Source: Bacteroidaceae bacterium (lineage in GTDB: Bacteria > Bacteroidota > Bacteroidia > Bacteroidales > Bacteroidaceae). From it: a stretch of DNA of 64,000 nucleotides. The notes beneath the pieces were generated by a model. The model saw only the letters and a program-made list of their open reading frames with translations, made no database searches and had not been told where the DNA came from. The stretch's first letter is position 1. Every line of letters starts with the position of its first letter. Where the stretch lies: NCBI GenBank assembly GCA_017960985.1, contig JAGCYD010000076.1, forward strand, positions 33,410 through 97,409, given 5' to 3'. This document shows, piece after piece, positions 58,553-64,000 of the stretch. The translations under genes and the position numbers were made by a program.

Positions 58553-59899
58553 TTATTTATCGTTAATGCTTGTATTCGCTATTGATTTTTTCTTTGCATT
58601 CTCGCTGGCCCCCATCTTCAGCAGTTTTCGGGCAGAGGTAACGATACTCTGTCCACTGTCTGCCGTACTGCGCTCCACTTCGGCGATGGCATCTGCGGTT
58701 TTCTCGAATTGCTTTTTTACATTGTCAAAACGCTCTGCAAAGGTCTGCACACGCTCCACCATCTCGCTGGCCAAGTCCATTATCTGCTGCTGGTTCTCCA
58801 CCTGCCGCACCTGTTTCCAGGTCATTTCCAACACGCGAAGCATCACATACAGATTCTGCGAACCCGTGATGATTACGCCCTTGTCATAGGCATACTTCCA
58901 CAGCGTTGGTTCGTTCGAAAGCGCCAGTTGCAGGGCAGGCTCCGAGAACACATACATCAGTACGAAGTCGAGTTTTCCATGCCCCTCCTTGAGAAACTTC
59001 GCATAACTCTTCTTCGACAATTCGTTCACATGATTCCGCATACTGAGGATATGCCTTTTCAGGGCATCCTGCCGTTGTTCTTCCGTTTCTGCATTATAGT
59101 ATTCCTCGTATGCCGTAAACGACATCTTGCTATCGATGACGAGGTCACGCTGGTCGGGGAAATGCAGTATGGCATCGGGAACGAGGCGGTGTCCGTCGTC
59201 TTGGATGACCCTGCCATCCTTGTCCTTCATCGTCTCCTGCAAGTCGAACTGCTCGCCTTCAACCAGTCCCATGCCCTCGAGCAACTGTTTCAGTCGCAAT
59301 TCCCCGAAGTTACCCTGGGTCTTATTCTCTCCCGTCAGCGCCTGCGCCAGTTTGTCGGCACGCTCCCCCACCTCACGGCTCTGCTCGATGCTGGTCTTGA
59401 TGGTAGCATCCAGTCGTGCCATCGTCGTGTTGTGTTCGCGGTCGCTCTTCTCCACAGCCTCACGCATCTGCTGTATATTCGTCTGTAGCGGGTTCAGTAT
59501 GCTTGCCAACTGCTCCTTGTTGGTTGATGACAACTGCTCGGCACGCTCTTTCAAAATCCGTTCCGAAGTCGTGTTCATCTGTTCCTTGACCAGTTGCATC
59601 TGCTGAGCCAGTTGTTCAGCCTGCTGTCGGCGCAGGTCGTTCATACTCTGTCGGTACTGCTCCTCCACCTTCGCCAACTGCTCTTCGTGCAGCGACTTTA
59701 TCCCCTCCATCTGTTCGCGGTGATGCTCCTTCAGTTCTGTCGTCTGCCGCTCATACTGCGAAGTCAGTGCTGCAGCATTCTCCTCCGCATGGCGCTTGTC
59801 CTGTTCCAATACAGCCACCTTTGTGCGCAAACTGCCCACAACCACCAGTGCCCCAATAAGCACCACAATCAACACTATGGATACAATTATTATTGCCAT
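58553..59899 (-). CDS. rmuC: DNA recombination protein RmuC
   Basis: N-terminal TM helix, a long coiled coil, and a C-terminal nuclease-like block PDAILHFPDQRDLVIDSK. Start at the ATG at 59899. Confidence 0.85.
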   Translation of the reverse strand: MAIIIVSIVLIVVLIGALVVVGSLRTKVAVLEQDKRHAEENAAALTSQYERQTTELKEHHREQMEGIKSLHEEQLAKVEEQYRQSMNDLRRQQAEQLAQQMQLVKEQMNTTSERILKERAEQLSSTNKEQLASILNPLQTNIQQMREAVEKSDREHNTTMARLDATIKTSIEQSREVGERADKLAQALTGENKTQGNFGELRLKQLLEGMGLVEGEQFDLQETMKDKDGRVIQDDGHRLVPDAILHFPDQRDLVIDSKMSFTAYEEYYNAETEEQRQDALKRHILSMRNHVNELSKKSYAKFLKEGHGKLDFVLMYVFSEPALQLALSNEPTLWKYAYDKGVIITGSQNLYVMLRVLEMTWKQVRQVENQQQIMDLASEMVERVQTFAERFDNVKKQFEKTADAIAEVERSTADSGQSIVTSARKLLKMGASENAKKKSIANTSINDK

Positions 59900-59986
59900 A
59901 TATAAATGCAAAAATACAAATAAATTATAAGACAGCAAAAGGGTTACAGGGAAATGTGCACAGAAAAAGCATTAAACATTTAACAT

Positions 59987-60030
59987 AAAAAGCAGGAAAC
60001 CATGTTTGGCTTCCTGCTTTTTGTTTTTTG
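59987..60030. terminator. Hairpin terminator after the LRR/T9SS gene
   Basis: AGCAGGAA (59991-59998) pairs with TTCCTGCT (60011-60018). A-run on the left and T-run on the right. Confidence 0.65.
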
Positions 60031-60042
60031 TTTTTGTACGCT

Positions 60043-61008
60043 TTAGCGTATCAACACTTTTCTTGTGCTGCCGTCGCTCATCTTCACGATGTTGATACCC
60101 TTCTGCATTTGTGAGAGTTTCCTTCCACTCAAGTCATAGATTCCATTGTCCATTGTCCATTTTACATTTGACATCTCGATGTTTTCTATTGCCGTCATCT
60201 CCTCGTCCATTGGCTGAATGTTGAATTCGTACCAATCTTTATGCACGCTATAAAAATCCTGACTATCCTCCATTACATAAAGTTTACAATTTGGTTTTAC
60301 TACAGAGAAGGCATCTGTGCCACAATTCTGCGGAAATTCCGCATAATTATATACTCGTAGGAGCGTACAGCCATTAAAAGCTTTTTGACCTATTGTCTCT
60401 ACACTACTGCTGATGTATAGTTCTGTTATGTACTTGCCATTATAAAAAGCATAGTTACAAATCGAAGTCACGCCCTCGGGGATAACAATTTTTTTCACCT
60501 CCTTTCCGCCTATATACAAATGGCGGGCACAATATAGGGGATTAGAACTGGCATAAAGAAAGTTTATTTTACACAGACTTTCTATGTTAGCAAACTCAGC
60601 CTTGTCCAGCCCACTGCAACCCAAAAATGCGTCCCCATCAATCTGGGTCACACTCTCGGGGATGGAGACAGAGGTCAGGGTCGTACAAGCATAGAACGCA
60701 TAGGAGCAAATCCTAGTTACACCCTCAGGGATGGTGACGGAGGTCACGCTAGAACCCGTGAACGCATATTGGCCAATGTATTTCACATTATAAGTTTCTC
60801 CTCTCCATGAAATTGTTTCATGGATTATGATATCACCAGAATAACCTTCTTCGGCTCCTGTGACGGTTGCTGTATTATCAGAAGAGTTAGTGTCATAATA
60901 AACACCGTCAACCAATACTCCCCTTACTGCCGCGCCAACATTAACTGAATTGAAAAATGACAATGCAACAATCAGCCATGTTCTAAATCTAAAGAGTGTT
61001 GTTTTCAT
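60043..61008 (-). CDS. BspA-like leucine-rich-repeat surface protein with a T9SS C-terminal sorting domain
   Basis: Signal peptide. Repeated IPEGVT.I..YAF..C..LTS units. C-terminal IYDLSGRKL..GINIVKMSDGSTRKVLIR. Confidence 0.75.
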   Translation of the reverse strand: MKTTLFRFRTWLIVALSFFNSVNVGAAVRGVLVDGVYYDTNSSDNTATVTGAEEGYSGDIIIHETISWRGETYNVKYIGQYAFTGSSVTSVTIPEGVTRICSYAFYACTTLTSVSIPESVTQIDGDAFLGCSGLDKAEFANIESLCKINFLYASSNPLYCARHLYIGGKEVKKIVIPEGVTSICNYAFYNGKYITELYISSSVETIGQKAFNGCTLLRVYNYAEFPQNCGTDAFSVVKPNCKLYVMEDSQDFYSVHKDWYEFNIQPMDEEMTAIENIEMSNVKWTMDNGIYDLSGRKLSQMQKGINIVKMSDGSTRKVLIR

Positions 61009-61104
61009 AAAATAATATATTTAAGAGTTTAATTATATTTTATTTTTGTATGCTTGGCATATATTGTCAAAACTACATTAACAAAGATTCTAATCCGACT
61101 ATTA

Positions 61105-61866
61105 TTAGTTCTCAAATAGAATGTCCGATTTTAGGATATGCTCTAAAGGAATTTTATATTTATTATGAAGTATGTCCATAAGTTCCTCCTTTCCGTTCGA
61201 AACTATATAAGGAGAGAGTATGACCTTCTCTATAATATTGTTTAGTGCTGAATTTAATGGGATATATCGTCCTTTTTCTTCTTTATCTTTATGCCTTTTT
61301 TCTTCTTTTACATGAAAATAAAAGCGAAATTCTTTTTCATTAGCATAAAAGGGGTCTTTTGAGAAAACCACATCTATCAGGTCTTCGTTGCAATGTTTCC
61401 TCTTATAGGAGATTGCCCCACAATATATATCATACTCACTATTTATGAGAGCCCCTATCAGTTTATCAATTGTCGTTTGAATACATACACCAATCCTTTT
61501 AGCATAAATCTCCCACATAAAAAAGTCTTCTTTGTCGAATAAAGTCCAACAGGAGGTCAAACTGTTTGCTGTCTTTTCATACCTCTTAAACAGTTTTTCT
61601 TTCCTTTTAAAATCACTCGCTTTAGTTTTTTCGCTCAACTCATAGGGACATTCCCCACCAACTGGATAAAAGGAAAATAGTTTTCTAATAGGCAGTTTAG
61701 TCTCATATCTATCGGGAAAAGACTTTTTCCTTGAAACATAAAGAGCCTTAGCATTCAACATTCCCAAGAAGTGATCAAGAGGCATATACTTGAAGATACG
61801 GGTTTCTGGAGTAATTCTCACTTCTTCATCATTCTTTAGATAGCAAACCATGCCTTTTTCATCCAT
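61105..61866 (-). CDS. DUF2971 family protein
   Basis: N-terminal IFKYMPLDHFLGMLNAKALYVSRKKSFPDRYE matches the DUF2971 opening motif. Very AT-rich: I counted 32% and 25% G+C in two 60-nt lines. Confidence 0.6.
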   Translation of the reverse strand: MDEKGMVCYLKNDEEVRITPETRIFKYMPLDHFLGMLNAKALYVSRKKSFPDRYETKLPIRKLFSFYPVGGECPYELSEKTKASDFKRKEKLFKRYEKTANSLTSCWTLFDKEDFFMWEIYAKRIGVCIQTTIDKLIGALINSEYDIYCGAISYKRKHCNEDLIDVVFSKDPFYANEKEFRFYFHVKEEKRHKDKEEKGRYIPLNSALNNIIEKVILSPYIVSNGKEELMDILHNKYKIPLEHILKSDILFEN

Positions 61867-61944
61867 TTGATTTAAGTTTAATAAAGATTCTATCGAACGC
61901 CCAAAGAATAGAAAATTAGTTTATTTATCTTCGCGTATATATAC

Positions 61945-61984
61945 AAAAAGAGCGTGGGAGTTCAGTTCTTGTTGTTCGTCCCAC
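61945..61984 (-). terminator. Candidate terminator closing a short minus-strand unit
   Basis: GTGGGA (61954-61959) pairs with TCCCAC (61979-61984). On the minus strand the hairpin is followed by CTCTTTTT. Confidence 0.4.
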
Positions 61985-62252
61985 ACTCAAAGGCTCTAGC
62001 AATTGCCCTAACAATATGAACAAACAACGCCGAAGCCCACGCGAACTGTATAGATACAACACACCTGTGCCATAAATATACACTCAATGGGCGTTCTTTG
62101 TTGCCTTGCTGCTTGATTGTTAGTCGAATTTGCTAGATTCTTGAGTGTCAAGCCCAAAGCGTCAAGATACGCCTTTCCGTATATATGTTCTCCCACCCGC
62201 TACGGCTCGCCAGCCTCGCGTTGCCCTCGCTGGACTCGGCAAGAGAACACTG

Positions 62253-62260
62253 CAAATGTA
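62253..62260 (-). promoter_or_regulatory. -7 box next to repeat copy B
   Basis: The minus strand reads TAcaTTTG, 15 nt beyond the left edge of the 62275-62490 element. Confidence 0.4.
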
Positions 62261-62274
62261 CGAATTTTAATTTA

Positions 62275-62490
62275 ATATGTGCAAGAAAAACGAGGGAAAC
62301 TTATACCCCGTCAAATCAACACTGATGATTTGAAAAATCAACGGTAATGATTTTGCACTTTAATACTAATGATTTCATAAATCAACGGTGTTGATTTTGG
62401 ACGAGACAATATTGATTTTTGAGGGCATAATTATACCCCGTGTCGAACATACGGTAATCATCGAAAAATGGCTTACTGCAGTCAAAAAGA
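62275..62490. repeat. Copy B of the dispersed, palindrome-dense element of about 215 bp
   Basis: Collinear with 16370-16585. Palindromes are retained at 62312-62332 and 62379-62397, among others. The differences I can see between the copies lie in loops and spacers, not in the AAATCA/TGATTT arms. Confidence 0.85.
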
Positions 62491-62524
62491 ATACGGTATT
62501 CACCGCATGGTGATTGCCGTATTC
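62484..62524 (-). terminator. Terminator of rarA
   Basis: GAATACGG (62489-62496) pairs with CCGTATTC (62517-62524), with an inner TCACC..GGTGA hairpin. On the minus strand it is followed by TTTTT. Confidence 0.6.
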
Positions 62525-62576
62525 TCAATATGGGGTATAGTTGAGGGGAAATTATATTGCACAGGGCTCCGATGTC

Positions 62577-63848
62577 TTAATCGTAGCGGTTGCCCCAGAG
62601 TTGGCGCATACGCTCGTGGAGTTTATCCTCGGCGGCATTCTGTTGGGGATGCCAGAAACGCGCGTCCTTTAGAGCATCGGGCAGAAACTGCTGCTCAACG
62701 AAGTTGCCTTCGAAGTCGTGGGCATATTTATATTCCTTGCCATAGCCGAGTTCCTTCATCAAAGAGGTGGGGGCATTGCGAAGATGTAGGGGAACAGGCT
62801 GATTGCCTGACTTACGCACTTCCTCCAAGGCGGCACCTATACCCATGTAGGCGCTATTGCTCTTGGGGCTGGTGGCCAGATATACGGTGGCTTCGGCCAA
62901 AGGAATGCGCCCTTCGGGCCAACCTATCTTCTCGCACACATCAAAGGCGGCATTGGCGAGCAACAAGGCGTTGGGATTGGCAAGGCCGATGTCTTCCGCA
63001 GCGCTGATGACCAGACGACGGGCAATGAAGGCGGGGTCTTCGCCTCCCTCTATCATGCGCGCCAGCCAATAGAGGGCACCATCGGGGTCGCTGCCACGAA
63101 TGGACTTGATGAAGGCCGAAATGATGTCGTAGTGCATCTCGCCATCCTTATCGTATGCCAAAGGATTCTGCTGCAAACGATTTGTGACCAGTTCATCGGT
63201 CACTACAAGGGTTTCTCCCTTGGTGGCCGACTCGGACAAGAGGTCGAGAATGTTCAGCAACTTGCGGGCATCGCCGCCACTGAAACGCAAGAGGGCATCG
63301 GTCTCCTTCAACTCGATATCGAGTTCCTTGAGCACCACATCCTTTATTATCGCCCTACGGGCAAGCTCCAACAGGTCGTCGCGGCCCAGACTTTTCAGCA
63401 CATAGACCTGACAGCGGCTCAACAAAGGACGGATGACCTCGAAGGAGGGATTCTCCGTGGTGGCGCCTATCAAGGTGATGATACCCTGCTCCACGGCACC
63501 GAGCAGGCTATCCTGCTGCGACTTGGAGAAACGGTGGATTTCGTCGATGAAAAGGATGGGACTTGCGCTATTGAAGAAGCGATTCTGACGGGCTTTCTCG
63601 ACCACATCGCGCACATCCTTCACGCCACTCGATATGGCGGAAAGGGTATAAAAAGGTGTCTTCAACTGGTGGGCAATGATGCTTGCCAGTGTAGTTTTAC
63701 CCACACCCGGAGGTCCCCAAAGTATGAAACTCGACACCTTGCCAGACTCTATCATACGCCGCAATACAGCACCCTCGCCGACCAGATGTTGCTGGCCGAT
63801 GTATTCGTCGAGCGAAGTGGGGCGAAGTCTTTCTGCGAGTGGTTGCAT
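62577..63848 (-). CDS. rarA: Replication-associated recombination protein A (AAA+ ATPase RarA/MgsA)
   Basis: Walker [10 protein letters not shown], Walker [10 protein letters not shown], and a MgsA C-terminal domain. Confidence 0.95.
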   Translation of the reverse strand: MQPLAERLRPTSLDEYIGQQHLVGEGAVLRRMIESGKVSSFILWGPPGVGKTTLASIIAHQLKTPFYTLSAISSGVKDVRDVVEKARQNRFFNSASPILFIDEIHRFSKSQQDSLLGAVEQGIITLIGATTENPSFEVIRPLLSRCQVYVLKSLGRDDLLELARRAIIKDVVLKELDIELKETDALLRFSGGDARKLLNILDLLSESATKGETLVVTDELVTNRLQQNPLAYDKDGEMHYDIISAFIKSIRGSDPDGALYWLARMIEGGEDPAFIARRLVISAAEDIGLANPNALLLANAAFDVCEKIGWPEGRIPLAEATVYLATSPKSNSAYMGIGAALEEVRKSGNQPVPLHLRNAPTSLMKELGYGKEYKYAHDFEGNFVEQQFLPDALKDARFWHPQQNAAEDKLHERMRQLWGNRYD

Positions 63849-63907
63849 ACTCTTGCAAAGTTAAGCATAAATTGACAATTTCCAATTGATAATTGACATT
63901 TCTTTCG

Positions 63908-63915
63908 TATATTTG
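63908..63915 (+). promoter_or_regulatory. -7 box for the last (partial) gene
   Basis: TAtaTTTG ends 4 nt before the ATG at 63920, so the transcript would be near-leaderless. Confidence 0.35.
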
Positions 63916-63919
63916 CGGA

Positions 63920-64000
63920 ATGAACATCCATGTAGTCAGTTTGCAAGTGCCCTACCCCGCCGACTATGGAGGGGCTATCGACATTTTCTACAAGCTGAAG
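63920..64000 (+). CDS. N-terminal fragment of a probable GT4/GT1-type glycosyltransferase; continues beyond the window
   Basis: MNIHVVSLQVPYPADYGGAIDIFYKLK resembles the conserved N-terminus (..PYP.NYGG.ID.FYK.K) of Bacteroidota glycosyltransferases. Only 27 codons are visible. Confidence 0.4.
   Translation, partial: MNIHVVSLQVPYPADYGGAIDIFYKLK

Noticed and set aside
62008-62196. The 62-aa ORF taken as a confident protein-coding gene
   Set aside because: It has a GTG start, no recognisable family and lies within an oddly composed spacer. I report it only as part of the promoter-to-terminator unit that needs transcript and translation data.

Overview
This looks like a chromosomal segment of a Bacteroidota genome, probably Prevotella or another Bacteroidales. 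The evidence is TAnnTTTG -7 promoter boxes in front of most transcription units, no Shine-Dalgarno sequences, type IX secretion (T9SS) C-terminal sorting domains, and an rpmB-rpmG-DUF4295 cluster. I can support about 60 protein genes, mostly housekeeping. They include a Na+-translocating oxaloacetate-type decarboxylase operon, a Cu/Zn efflux permease, and an aromatic amino-acid operon (pheA, aminotransferase, DAHP synthase/chorismate mutase, tyrA). Also present are HU paralogs, rimO, ftsY, tsaD, map, eda-kdgK, engB, yidC, pgk, nth, mce, a TonB-dependent receptor, maf, dapA, ligA, ftsB, dnaX, queD/queE, a TrpB2-type enzyme, rmuC and rarA. I saw no rRNA, tRNA, CRISPR array, transposase, integrase or recognisable defence system. 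Most of the window is ordinary core genome. The non-routine content is almost all non-coding: (1) a Phe/Tyr-rich 25-codon leader ORF with competing antiterminator and terminator hairpins upstream of pheA. (2) A palindrome-dense element of about 215 bp, present twice (16370-16585 and 62275-62490). In each copy it lies just after a gene terminator and upstream, in the minus-strand sense, of an AT-rich T9SS-cargo gene. (3) Two 23-bp-phased arrays of a GCAATAGTA-core repeat (4731-4867 and 46519-46633). (4) Smaller tandem repeats at the rpmB promoter and at the nth stop codon. (5) An AT-rich islet carrying an LRR T9SS cargo gene, a DUF2971 gene and a short unit bounded by a promoter and a terminator. 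All functional readings of these elements are inference from sequence only.
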